DNA of 64,000 nt. Source: Lama guanicoe. Lineage: Eukaryota. The stretch lies in contig MU054323.1 in the NCBI GenBank assembly GCA_013239625.1, positions 3,894,161 to 3,958,160 on the forward strand, in the 5' to 3' direction. Both the position numbers and the translations under genes were made by a program. The notes beneath the pieces were generated by a model. The model did not search any database, was not told the DNA's origin, and was given only the letters and a program-made list of their open reading frames with translations. This document shows, piece by piece, positions 36,761 to 48,811 of the stretch. The stretch's first letter is position 1; every line of letters starts with the position of its first letter.

Positions 36761-38765
36761 TTCAAAACGAGAATTGGTTTTTGCCCTGCTATTAGAAGCA
36801 ATACTCAGATTCTGGAGTATTATTCAGAATAGATATTCAGGACCTACCATCTACTTGGGGGAAGGCTCAAGTACTGTGGTTGGGCTTGGAGGAAGCCTTA
36901 AGGGCATGGCCACTCTTTTTGGTTGGGGGGAACATTTTGGCTCCAGGATCTTTCTAGATCAAATCTCTGTGAGTCCACTAGAGGAGCCCCCAGCAAGCAG
37001 TGATGTCTGCTCAGGAGAGTGGACCTTCTCTCAGACTAAGCCTGGGTCTCACAGGAAAGCTGATAACGCCAAAGACTTCCTCTGCCCATCTGCCAGGGAT
37101 GTCACTGCCTGGCCCTTGGAGAACCTTCCACTGGGATGATCACAGCTCACAGCGCATCAGAGTGTGACGTGCCTTCTGCCAGATGTGCCTTCTCCTCACT
37201 CAGGCTCCTCTACGCCTGGGAATGCAGGCTGGCGTGTGGGTCCCCACTGCATCTCCTTCAGGATGAGGACAAGGGGAATGGGCTTTGCCTTTCCTCACTT
37301 TCCCGAGTCTTTGGTGATAGGGAGGTGTCCTGGGGTAGGTGCTGAAGAGGACAGGTTAACTGTCGAGGTGTCTTTTCTGTGGAACCACAGTCTTGACTAG
37401 AGAATCTGCTCCTGAGACTGGCCTTGCTCAGGACCCTGGTTTTCTCAGAGAAGGAACTCAAAAAGTGCCCAGAGCTGGTGCTGGGGGTGCCATTTGNNNN
37501 NNNNNNNNNNNNNNNNNNNNNNNNNNNNNNNNNNNNNNNNNNNNNNNNNNNNNNNNNNNNNNNNNNNNNNNNNNNNNNNNNNNNNNNNNNNNNNNNNNNN
37601 NNNNNNNNNNNNNNNNNNNNNNNNNNNNNNNNNNNNNNNNNNNNNNNNNNNNNNNNNNNNNNNNNNNNNNNNNNNNNNNNNNNNNNNNNNNNNNNNNNNN
37701 NNNNNNNNNNNNNNNNNNNNNNNNNNNNNNNNNNNNNNNNNNNNNNNNAATGTAAACACTCCGTGTAACTGACAACCGACAGTTTCAGAAGTATGTGGGG
37801 NNNNNNNNNNNNNNNNNNNNNNNNNNNNNNNNNNNNNNNNNNNNNNNNNNNNNNNNNNNNNNNNNNNNNNNNNNNNNNNNNNNNNNNNNNNNNNNNNNNN
37901 NNNNNNNNNNNNNNNNNNNNNNNNNNNNNNNNNNNNNNNNNNNNNNNNNNNNNNNNNNNNNNNNTTGGCAACTTTGTTTTGTTGTGACGTCTTTCTCTTC
38001 GGCTTCAAGGAGGCGCTGAGGGACTCTAAGGAGGAAAACAGGGTCTTTTCTTTCGGATGGGCTTTCCTGGCCACCAGAGAGAATGTTCTCAACCCTTACT
38101 ACTCCCAGCCCCTGAGGCCAGCCTTGCAGGGTAAGAATGACATCCGGGAGAGAAGGAGACCCAAGGCTTCCTGAAGGTCAAAGAGTTAAGGGCCAGGAGC
38201 CTGGTGACTGGCCGTGTTGTCGCCTCCACTGTCTACAGATAAGGAGGGGGCGTTGGGCGGGCAGGCTCTTGCACCAAGCCCAGGTTGGTGGAGCAGGAAG
38301 ACCGCCAAGAGGTTTTATCCCTTCATGGCCCAGAAAGGAAGATGCAGAGGAGAGAATACCGCTTAGGTTCTAGAACAAGTGTCAGAGCCCAGGGAAGAAG
38401 CAGGTCCTTGGGTTTCTGATTCATTGCAAGATAGAAATGTAGGCATAGAATTGCAGGTTGGTTCCATTTTATATACAGAGAATGTATCTCATTAAAATGA
38501 GAATACAATCATAAATCAGAAAAGTTAAGCATCTTTTGTGGGGTACAGCTTCAACTACCCCAACTACCTGCTGCTGGGGAAAGAGCCATAGAGGGCAGCT
38601 CCCTGTGGCCTTGCTGTGCCTGCTGGCTTGGTGACAGCTCAACTGCCGCAGGCACTGAAGGTGCTTTTATGGGAGCCTGTGGGGATCATTCCTATGGGGA
38701 TGGCAGCAGAACTCATGATGGTGCTGGAGTGCCTGGCTTCTCTAACCACGTCTTCCTAGACTATC

Positions 38766-39141
38766 TCCTATGGACTGAATGTTTTGTCTTCTCCAAANNN
38801 NNNNNNNNNNNNNNNNNNNNNNNNNNNNNNNNNNNNNNNNNNNNNNNNNNNNNNNNNNNNNNNNNNNNNNNNNNNNNNNNNNNNNNNNNNNNNNNNNNNN
38901 NNNNNNNNNNNNNNNNNNNNNNNNNNNNTGCCTGTCTCTCTTCCCAAATCGCCAACCCCACCCCTCCATCTGCAGATATAGCAAGGAGTCAGCTACTTGC
39001 AAACCAGGACCCTCACCAGAACCTGACCAGGCTGGCACCCTGATCTCAGACTTCTGTCTCCAGAAATATAAGAAATACAGTTCTGTTGTTTAAGCCGCCT
39101 GGTTTATGGTATGTTGTGATAGCAGCCTGAGAGCTAGGGCA
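38766..39141 (+). mobile_element. MLT1A-type MaLR solo LTR (internal N-gap)
   Basis: tcctatggactgaatgttt...ccctcaccagaacctgacca...gctggcaccctgatctcagacttc...ctgttgtttaagcc...tatggtat...atagcagcctgag...gca. Confidence 0.9.
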
Positions 39142-39299
39142 CCATTGGTCTCCGACCTAGCCCTAGCCCAGGAAGTAGATGGTTTTCTTTAAAGTTCGTC
39201 TCCTTGATAGCAGTATGCTTGTTAGGTTTTCAGAAACTCCTTAAAATCACTTATGTGGCTCCTGTGGCTGAGGAGCTGCAGGCTATGACAAGGTCCAGC

Positions 39300-39440
39300 T
39301 CCATCTCGAATCTGCTATGGGATCAAGAAGGGGTCTGTCCCTTGGCCATGCCTCAGTGCCCTCAGCAGTTAACTGAGGGATCGGGGTACCAAGTGCTAAA
39401 ATCTCTTCCCACTCTGCCACTCTTTGATTCTGTGACTCTG
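39300..39440 (+). mobile_element. MIR3-like fragment
   Basis: gcctcagtgccctca...tcttcccactct...ctttgattctgtgactct tail. Confidence 0.45.
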
Positions 39441-40769
39441 TCATTTGGTTTTTCTTATTTAAACAGTGATAACAGGCTAATAATGGTGGATAGTTTTTCT
39501 CACCTGGACTTACACTCTTGGAGATGTGAGGTTCATCCTGTGTGTGGTCCCTCCCACGGAGCCTGGAGTGGGGACGCTCGGCCAAAGGCATGCTCACAGC
39601 CCAGTGCTCCTCTTGGGACTGTCCTGAGTGACACTGCCAAGGTGACCGTTGTGTGCTTCTGAACTGTGTTGGTGTCTGTGGCTCTTACACAATGAACAGG
39701 AGCCTACCAAATTCTCAGTTCCTAGTATAGAAGTTGGCACATAGCTGGCACTCAGAAATGGTTTGCTAAACACACTGGATTGGCTATTTGACCAGTATGA
39801 CCTGGAGTAGTAAGTTTATGCATGCTAACCACACAGATGAAAAAAAATTTTCTTTCTTTATTTTCCTAAAACTGATCTGATATTCCACATGGGCTCCCAC
39901 ACGTGGGGTGGTGAAAGAAGAAATAAAACTAAATTTTGGTCCAATTGAACAACTTCAAACTGATCCCAGCTCTCTTCTCTTCCCCTTTCTCTTCCCCCGT
40001 GTGGCATTTGGGTGTATGAGGAGGGAATACTGTGTCCTCAGATCCCTCACGCGTTGATGATCCTCCCATTTCTGAGGCAGTGTCCCTTCGTCTGCCGGAC
40101 ATTGGCAGTGTCGCGGTGTCCCTTCATTGCTTGCCTTGTTGTCTTTGCTGGCTGAGGTCAGCAGCTGGTAAGACTTGTGGATTTCTCTATTCTTAGTTGC
40201 CCTCCTTGGCTGACTCAGGGTCTGCTGCATCCTATGTCTCACCCTGACCTAAGAGATCTCTGTAGTGGGGTCACATTCCACCTGCCAACGTGGCCTATGC
40301 AGACCCTCTGGCTCCCAACTCAGTGGCTGCACAGATCCACCTTGTGGGGGTCTGCGGGAATGTCTGGGTCCCAGACACAGCACAAGGAAAGTGAAAATGG
40401 TTCAGAAAAGGTAACGTGGTCTTCTTTGAGCATTGAAGTGCTCCCGGTGAAGTTTACTTTGGTGTGGTTGCTGTCATGCTGGCACAAGAATAGATTTTGA
40501 AGTAAAATTAACCCAGAGTCCCAGCTGGGAAACAGGACACAAGACTCTTCTTTCTGGTTTCCCCTCCAACTGTTGAACATATTGGAGCCTTATGTCACCC
40601 CCGCCTCTTCTGCATGCCCCACCCCATCCCTCAGGACTGGAAGGGCTCAACTTCCAGCTTTTCCTTCCTCTATAGATTACCCTCCTCCTGAATTGAACAG
40701 CAAGTCTCAATGCCTGAAATTACTCCAGAAAAAAATTCTATAATTTGAATTTCTTCAATTGACGTGTGA

Positions 40770-41915
40770 GTCACTCTCAAATTTATGCTTACCTTCTGCC
40801 TGAATCTCTATCTATCTGTCTGAATTGCTTTATCAGTTTTTACACTTAGATGTCTAAAAATCACCTCACCCTTAGCATAATAAACACCAGAACTGTTTGG
40901 CTGCCCAGTTCCCATATCTGTCCCCTATTCCAAGCATTTTCAATTTTGAATAGAACTGCCATCTACTCAGTTGCCTAGACCAAAAATTTAGGTCATCTTT
41001 GACCCTTCTTTCCCTCACATCCTACATCTAATTCATCAGAAAATACCATTGGCTCTAACTTCAAAATAGATCTTGGACCCAAAGCACTTACCATCTCTAT
41101 GGTCACCATCAGCATCTGAGCTACCGTTTTTCCCACTTGGACCATGGCTACAATCTCCTAACTTGTATTCCTTCTTCAGCTTGTGTCCCCATGGAGCAGA
41201 GGTTCTCATCTGGGGGTGATTTTGTCACCTGGGGGACATTTAATGATGTTTTTAATCACTTTCAGTTGTCACTTCTGAAAGGGAGAGTTGCTACTGGCTT
41301 CTACTGGATAGAGGCCAGGATGCTGCTAACAATTCTACAAGACACAGGGCAGCCACTACCAACAAAGAATTACCTGGCTCAAAATTTCAATAGCGGTGAG
41401 GTTGAAAAACCCTGCCAATCTCTCAGCATAGTAGCCAGGATGATCTTTCTAAAGTATGAATTAAGTTGTGTCAGTCCTGTGTTTAAAACAACATGGCTTG
41501 CTAATGTAATGAGAATAAAATTTATTTACTCTAGTTCTCAAGGCCCTATAGGACCTACGCTCTGTAGACCTCTCCTATTTCCTACGTCTCCATTCTGCTC
41601 ATCTACAGTCTTCTAGCAGCAATGATCCTTTGTCTTTCTCTCCAGTTTCCTAAATGCATTCCTGTCTCCAGGCCTTTGCACTTGCTGTTACTTCTGTGTT
41701 CTCTAGATCTGTGCTTGATTGCTATGTCCTCACTCAGGTCTCAGGTTAAATATCATCTCCTCAGTCTTTCCTAACCTCCCTAAGGACCACAGGCTCTCCG
41801 CCCATGCCTGCAAAATAACACACACTTCACATTCCCAGTTTTATCTTCTTCTCAGCACTTATCAACACTTAATATTCTCTTACTCTTGTTTATTTGTAGG
41901 CTCTTACCCCTAAAT
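40770..41915 (+). mobile_element. L2a, long 3' fragment interrupted by MER20
   Basis: cacttagatgtcta...ccatctactcagttgcctagaccaaaaatttaggtcatctttgac...cttcaaaatagatc...agccaggatgatctttctaaa...ggcctttgcacttgctgtt...tcaggtctcaggttaaatatca. Confidence 0.9.
41197..41414 (+). mobile_element. MER20 (hAT-Charlie MITE), full length
   Basis: cagaggttctca...ggggtgattttg...ggggacattt...tgctactggc...tagaggccaggatgctgctaa...aacaaagaatta...gaggttgaaaaaccctg. Confidence 0.93.
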
Positions 41916-42909
41916 TTCTTGAAGAAGAGATTGTTCTTCTGGAATATACAGAGAAAGGCTCACTAGACATTGCTGACTGCATGCCTGACTGATGGATTGT
42001 CAATATGTTGAATAGAACTTAAAGAGATTTAGCACACCCTTTCTCTCTTGTCAGTGCCTCGCTTTCAGGCCTATTGTCTTACTGTGAAATCGTATTTCAA
42101 TAATATGAGCTGAATATTAACTCTTTCTCTATGCATTCCTGCTATAACAATGCCAGCTACCACCACACCACTCCATCCAACCAGTATACACCGTAGCTGG
42201 TTAAGGAATAGGTCATATTTAGGGGGAATGCAGATAAAAAGTGTACTCATTATTTTTCAAAATATTACTCTTACAAACATAAATAAAGTATTCAGTTTAT
42301 TATTAAAAAAACTCCACTTCTTCCAGGAGGCAAATCCCACCCTCCCTTCTTCTCCCCCAGTGGATAACAGGATGGGCCCCAGCTGGTTGGCCTGTTTGCA
42401 CTGGTCCTGGTAACTGAACCTTTTTCAGCTGCTCCCCTCTCTGCAGCACAAATCTAAGGCTTTACCTGAAGCTTTATCCAGCATTGCCTAAGGTTATGTC
42501 TACATTGGTGAAAAGAACGCACCCCCTTGCACAGTAGCAGAGAAGGCTAAATGCAGAAGTACTGAATTCTCAGGAGCCTGTTCAAATACTAGACTCTTTT
42601 GTCAGAGGAGAAGCAACTGAGATTTTACCGACACAGTAGGCAAGTTGGTGGGAGGATGCTTTTTGTGCCTGAGTGTGTATCATGGTGAGTGTGTGTGCAC
42701 AGATCTGCATGTATGCATCAGATGTGTATCCGGGCTTATGACACCCCTGAGGTCACAAGATCCAAAATGGGAAAGGATATCTCGTGTCTCAACCCAGGAA
42801 AGTGGTGGGAAGAGCACACTCATGTCACAAATCTAGTGTTGGCCACATGAACTAGTAGCATTTGACTAGGCGGCAGCCATTAATAGCATTTCATCACTTA
42901 TTTGCAAAT

Positions 42910-43010
42910 GACCTGGGTTCAAATCCCTTTAGCAGTTTGTTTTGGAAAAGTGACTCAATTCTTCGCATCCTCAGTTTTTTGACCTGTAAACTGTGGCAGA
43001 TAATTCATTT
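42910..43010 (+). mobile_element. MIR 5'/core fragment
   Basis: gacctgggttcaaatccc...aagtgactcaa...cctcagtttt...cctgtaaa. Confidence 0.7.
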
Positions 43011-43559
43011 ATGATGGTCCAAAAAGTACCCAAATCTCAGTCTTCACCTCCCTCCTGCTCCCCCCTTGCTGGCTAACAAGCACCTGCTGTCCTTGCCTGA
43101 AAGCTACGGGGTCTGTATCACCCAGATCGGGCGGTGTGGGTGAGGGCAAAACATGGAGGCTTCTAGGACGCCCACTGCAGATGGTGAGGCACCACTGAGA
43201 AACTGGGACAGGGCCAGAAGCAGGAAGGGGAGCGGGAGATGCAGCCTGGACAGGCTCAGTTGGGAGCCATCGTTTTCTTGCCCGTTACGGATGAGGGACG
43301 AGAGATTTGGAGACATCCGTCAAGCACGTGAAACAAGGTGGTGAGAGAGGGAATGAGGGAAAGACGATCTGTAAGAAGGTTCTCTGTTGCCAGGATGGTG
43401 ATGCCACTTTGATGCTTCCTTGAGGGATGGCAGTTCTGACTGAGTCTGTTCTCCCATCACGTTGATGGCTCCACAGTGGTTCCTTTGAATGTGACATCAT
43501 GCTGAGACCACCCATTCAAGAACAGAGCCAGAAAACCAGAATTTATTTGAGTTAGAACC

Positions 43560-43660
43560 AATTTGCTCTGTTATTGTGAGGATTAAATGGGATTTTTGTG
43601 TCTAAGTCTTCAGCCCAGAGTCTGGTAAATATAAAGCAGTAAAGAAAATATAGCTCCATT
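43560..43660 (+). mobile_element. MIR 3' fragment
   Basis: gttattgtgaggattaaatggga...agcccagagtctgg...aaatatagct. Confidence 0.7.
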
Positions 43661-44454
43661 TAGCATGCTAATCACAGTCTTATCTCTCAAAGACTAACTA
43701 ACTTGACCCTTAAAAGTTCACAGTCTCTTTTATGTGGCACTGAAGACCTTTTGCCACTGTTTTACCTGGTGTGGCAGTTACCTTGGCAACTCCTACCCCA
43801 GGTTCTGTTGGCTCAGAGCTGCTTATGAATATAAGACTAACTTTTCAGGATCACTTTAAGATCCAGAGAAATGGGGCTCAGCTTGAAGGACACCAGATTT
43901 CTTTCCTTAGAAAGGACTGGGCTTAGACCCTTTGGAAATATCTGCGCAAGCAAGGGAGTGACAGTTGTACTGGGAAGTGAAGAGGTCAGTTGGGTTCCCC
44001 GTCATGGGGCCACAGTATAGCCTCATGAGGGGTCCCAAGAATGCCAGCCTAAACCCCTTCCCTCTGCCTGCCCACCTCGCTCCTACCCAGTACTGAACTC
44101 TAATCAGGCTTGAACTTGCTCTGTGGCTCTATGAGGGTGATTTAGTTCTTCCCAACCCCACAAGCTCAGAATGAACAAGGCACAATCCAGAGGTGGCCGA
44201 GAGAAATCATGATGTCCCCAGGACCTGACCCAGTGGAAGCATGCTGTACTATGCTGTGACTGGAAGCTGGGGAGGCTATCTCCTGCACCAGCTGCCTTTC
44301 TGCCCACTGTAGTCCTCACACTCTGCAACCCCGCTTTCGCTTAATCCTTCGAGCACCTGCTGCCTTGTTCTCATCTTGTTCCTTGTGTATGGTCTCAACT
44401 GTCCATTCATTCCAAGGGCAGGAGGTCCAGGAGGTACATCTTCTTTCATGAGAA

Positions 44455-44675
44455 GCAGTTTCAGAGGGGGGTGAAGACTACAGATACAAATGCCAGATGC
44501 TTAGAGTTGAATTCCAGCTTCACTGCTTAGAAACTGGTGACCCTGCTAGTAATCTTTTCATGTCTCAACATCCTTGTCTGTGAAATGGGGATATTGATAA
44601 TATCTGTCCTGTAGAGTTGCCATGAGCTTAAAGGACATGTCTTGTATGTAGTGATCGCTATGTTAAGTTTTGTAG
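44455..44675 (+). mobile_element. MIR SINE
   Basis: ccagatgctt...ttgaattccagct...gtgacc...tctgtgaaatggggatattgataatatct...agagttgccatgag. Confidence 0.75.
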
Positions 44676-44678
44676 GAG

Positions 44679-44775
44679 TGATGATGGTGATGATGATGGT
44701 GGTGGTGGTAGTGATGATGGTGGTGATGATGATGGTAGATGATGGTGGTGATGGTGACGGTGACATTGACAATGG
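44679..44775. repeat. Imperfect (GAT/GGT)n trinucleotide repeat at the MIR tail
   Basis: gtgatgatggtgatgatgatggtggtggtggtagtgatgatggtggtgatgatgatgg... Confidence 0.92.
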
Positions 44776-45726
44776 TTCTCATTCCTTGCGCCCTGCAGTA
44801 CCCAAGACAGGCCTGGGTGCGGAGTCGTTTGGTCTCAACAGATCTATTGCTTATCACAACCTGGACCCATAGCTCACTCTGAGGTATCTGTAAGAGGTGG
44901 TAGCAGTCTCTGAGCTGGCTCCTTCCTGTGAACAGTCATGGGTCACCCCTGGGGAGTCATGGCAGATGAAGAGTTTAATGTTAGTGCTTCAGCAGGCTGA
45001 ACCCAGTGGGGCTGAGTGAGGGGCCTGGAGGCCCTGAGAGGACACAGCATGCTGAGCTGACTGCTGTGGTGACAGTCACCAACTATACCAAAGACTTTTT
45101 CCTTGTGGCCATGAATTCTTTTTCCTTTCTTGGAGTGGGCTGCCCATGTTTTTATGAGAATACCCAAAATATCTTTCAGTTCAAATATTTGACAGTTGTT
45201 AACCAGGGCAGTCAGTGGACTGGGCAAGATGGGTCACTTCCCATTATCAGCCTCTGTATCCTGAGATCAGTGGTTAGAGCCAGAATACTAGGTTTGCTCT
45301 GGGGGAAAAATCAGAAGTTGTTAAGAAAAGCTCCATTTCCTGTATCAGGAACAGGTCAGATCCCGCTGGGGGGTAGACTGGGTGGAAAGAAGTGAGCAAG
45401 GGCCCCAAGAGGGAGGCCAGCCCTCCCAGAGCAATTTGTTCCCTGAAATAAAGTACATTTCATCTGAATTCTGATTTCCTCTCTCATCCACCTGTTCCTA
45501 AATTCTGTAGTTCTTTGACTCAAGGATTTAGTGGGTGGATAGTGACCTCATAGGAGGAAAAGGAGCATTTGGAACAATCAGTAGAGAAGGCCCTAGATTA
45601 AGACCTGGGCCAGTGACTGAGCACTGCCTGCTACAGATGAGTCTCTCCCCAGGAAGGCTGTCTCCTCCAGGTGACTGCAGAGATGTTCTCTCTCCACAGA
45701 TAGCACAGGAGCATAGTCTTTCCTTC

Positions 45727-45890
45727 TTTTTTTAAATAGATTTATTTACTTTATTTATTTTATTTATTTTTTTGAAGGAGGGAGGTAATTAGGTTTATTT
45801 ATTTATTTACTTATTTTTTAAATGGAGGTACTGGGGATTGAACCCAGTATGTGCTAAGCACATACTCTGCCACTGAGCTACACCCTCCCC
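45727..45890 (-). mobile_element. tRNA-Ala(AGC)-derived lineage-specific SINE (camelid Vic-1/Vpa-type)
   Basis: Minus strand reads GGGGAGGGTGTAGCTCAGTGGCAGAG (A box)...CTTAGCA...GGGTTCAATCCCCAGTACCTCCA (B box), then an (AAAT)n-CCTAATTACCTCCC-A-rich tail; diverged TSD catagtctttc / catagacattc. Confidence 0.88.
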
Positions 45891-45997
45891 CTTCATAGAC
45901 ATTCTTAATGTGTACATTTCTTACTAATTATGACCTAATTTAATTAGAGGATTGAAGTGTATTATGTTGACCCTGGTCTAGGAACCCTAGACCCTGA

Positions 45998-46471
45998 TGT
46001 GGTCAGGTGACCCCTGACACTTTGCTCATAATTGCATTAGGGATTTTAACTACTATGGGAAGAAGATCTGAGGTTTGCTCTTGGGAATGGTTGGGTATAA
46101 TCTCAACCTTAGGAAAAATGGGACAAAATGGAAATCCTAGCAAGAGGGATAAGAGGAAGTCAGGGTGAGATGCGTGGGACTGGAAGGAGGAGAGATGCTG
46201 ACCTTCCTGAAGTGGTGTGTCCAGTCTGGCTAGCCTGAGTGCAGCTCTGACTGTATTAGACAGTGAACGGGTAGAAGATGTTGCATATGAGGAACAGTGA
46301 ACTCTCATAACCTCGTTCTGAAATCTCAGACTCCCTCCCTTGACAATTGTGAAGGCTCTGCCCTTTGATGCCATGAGATCCCTCATTATCTTCCAATATG
46401 CCCCCTTCCGACTATGCCATTCTGAGTGGCATATTCTTTTCCTGGCAATCTCAATAGAATTGATTAAGACA
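45998..46471 (+). mobile_element. Very old MaLR LTR (MLT1L/M/N-like)
   Basis: 3' end ...gagatccctcattatcttccaata...ccccctt...tgagtgg...ttcctggcaatc...gattaagaca; 5' boundary uncertain. Confidence 0.5.
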
Positions 46472-46519
46472 CACGAATCACATAGATGAAGACAGAATCA
46501 TTTGACACTGTCTGTGCCA

Positions 46520-46880
46520 GGCCTGGCAGCTTCAGTGTTTAAGTCATGGCCTCTGTTTTCCCCACATGAAGTCTGGTACTGGAGAGCAACGTATAAAGAG
46601 ATCGTTACAGAGAAGTGTGAACAGTGCAGTGCAAAAAATGTGTGCACGGGAGTCACAGATTAGTGAAGACTAGAGGGCAAAGGGCAGAAAAGGAGTGCCT
46701 TGAAGGTGGGTTTGAAGGATTACTAGCAGTTCAACATGAGCAGAGACCGAAGACGAGATGTAGAACGGGGTTTTTGCAGGGCTTCTAGGTAGTGGAGTTT
46801 GGCGTTGCTCTCGTGTGGAGTGAGGGGAAGTGAAGGAGTGGGGAGGTGAGGCCGTGACCCAAAGCTACATCGCACATACT
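46520..46880 (-). mobile_element. L2 fragment
   Basis: ggagtgccttgaaggtgggtttgaaggattactagcagttcaac...gtagtggagtttgg...gaggtgaggc. Confidence 0.55.
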
Positions 46881-48454
46881 GTACAGGGATGTGCAGAGAA
46901 CCTTTCCAAGCTGGTCCATGGCTCTTGGCTGTTACATTGTAGAGATCTGGACAAGAGCTTTTCCCAGCATAGGTATAATTTGAATGGTGTTGTCTTTTGA
47001 CCTGACCAAATACCATCACCAATTTATAAAGCAGACTCTTTTAAAACATTCCCCACTCAATGTTCTCAACATTGAACTCAAAGATTTCAGAATTAAGGCA
47101 AGATGGACACAGGGCTGCTTAAGAAGTGGTTTCCTACCCCACTCCTCTCTCCCGCCACCCAAGCTATCCTTTCTTTGCTTTATAAGCAGAGACAAATGTT
47201 TAGAAACAAGAACGGGATGTGGATCAAAATGTTCTTGTTTCAGGACGTTCTCATCACCTGACTGTGTGGCTCGTCTGGCTTGCTGTCAAGTGTTTAGGGC
47301 AGCAGCGGGGACATGCGCGGGAATCTGAAAATGGATCTCCCTCGATGGCCAGTCCTGCTTTTGAAGCCCCCTCAGTTCTGAAGATGCACACAGGGACCTG
47401 GGAGAGATGAGCCCTGTCCAGCCCTCCTCAGACAGCCCCACTTCTAATGCCACCTCTGCTAGCCAAGCTCATGCAGGCCTCGGCTGTCATGTAAATTGTG
47501 GGGCGGCCTGGAACTCTCATTTTCTCTTTCAATTGGAATACACAAGAAGCTTTACGTTTCTCCAAAAATGCATTTCAGGGTTCATGTTTCCTCCTGAGGG
47601 GCTGCTTTGGCTGAGGACTCCTCATTTCAAGCCTGATTTAATCCAGGAAGTGCTTGGGAATCAGGCAATGCCAGCAACAACCAGCAACCTCAAAGGCTGG
47701 TCTAAGTGGTTTGGCTGCTGCTGCCTGCCCAGTTAAGCCTGGAGGTCTGCACACAGGTGCTTCCCGAGTGCTTGCTTTCCACCGGTACCCGTGTGTCTGC
47801 TCTCCCGGCTGCCACCACCGCCTCCATCACTATCCCTACCATCAGTAGAGTTATCACCACCATGGGTGCCATGAGCCCCCACTCTGGAATCTGTCCTGTC
47901 ATGGGAAGGCCACCATTTCTCCTTTCCCCTTGTCCTTCCTGCAAAAATAGAAGCAGCAGAGGTTGGCCTAGTGACTCCCTGTAGAATCAAATACAATGAG
48001 CTTCTAGAACTTGTTCCCCGAGGAGGGGACTGCAGGTCAGGAAGCTACATGGCCTGACCTGCAAATAAGAGAGTCTGATCAGCACCATACATTCCTATTG
48101 GTGGAGAGTGTTGTGGGTACAGAAACCATTTTTTGAATCAAAAATATAATGGCATGTTCGTTGATGGGGCCACTGGGATTGAGTTTTCGAATTTCAGTTT
48201 TCAAGGAAAATCTAGGATATTACGGGACTGAGGAGAAGGCCAAGAAGTGTGAGTTCTGTTCCCCAGAAGACCCTGGTAGCTGAAGGTTTATGTGTGGCTT
48301 CTGAGCCTTTGGAGCTGTTATCACCACAGGTGTTCCAGAGAATATTCAGAGGACCCCCTGGGATGACTCCATGTGTCCTGCTGGAAATGAAGCTGTTCAC
48401 CTTTCAGAGTCTGAGCCTCACCCAGGTTGATGATGAGCTTGTGTCCCTTTGAAG

Positions 48455-48658
48455 CAGTGGTTCTCAACTAGGGTGGTTTTGCTCCCCGGGGGACATCGGC
48501 AATGTCTGGAAGTATTTTTGGTTGTCATTACTGGGACAGTGGTGCTACTGGCATCAAGCTGATAGAGGCCAGGGATGCTGCTCAACATCCTAGAATGCAC
48601 AGGACAGCAAAGAATTATCCAGCCCCAGGGGCCCACAGTACCAGGTTGAGAAACCCTG
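48455..48658 (+). mobile_element. MER20 (hAT-Charlie MITE)
   Basis: cagtggttctcaac...ggcaatgtctgga...ttttggttgtca...tgctactggcatc...tagaggccagggatgctgctcaacatcct...ggttgagaaaccctg; 8-bp TSD ctttgaag / ctttaaag (7/8). Confidence 0.95.
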
Positions 48659-48811
48659 CTTTAAAGAGAAGATCTGGGAAAACTACAGCAACTCAGGCTG
48701 GTCTTGATGAAAAGACAGAGCAGGGGAGAGAGACGGGGCACTTGAGCCCATTTTGGCTGAGGAGTCTGATCATGAGTACGTAAAAGATAAATATTCACAC
48801 TAAGCTTTTGG

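Noticed and set aside
37751-37800. TGTAAACA resembles the miR-30 5' end
   Set aside because: Only the first 8 nt match and there is no hairpin partner; better explained as a forkhead motif or chance
37258-38092. ORFs over 200 aa here and at 58875-59562 and 59957-60580
   Set aside because: Their length comes from reading through N runs
44527-44872. Poly-His, poly-Thr/Ile and poly-Met/Val ORFs
   Set aside because: They are translations of the (GAT/GGT)n microsatellite at a MIR tail
45815-45890. Possible tRNA-Ala gene
   Set aside because: The variable loop is missing and it carries an A-rich tail and TSD, so it is a SINE head rather than a functional tRNA
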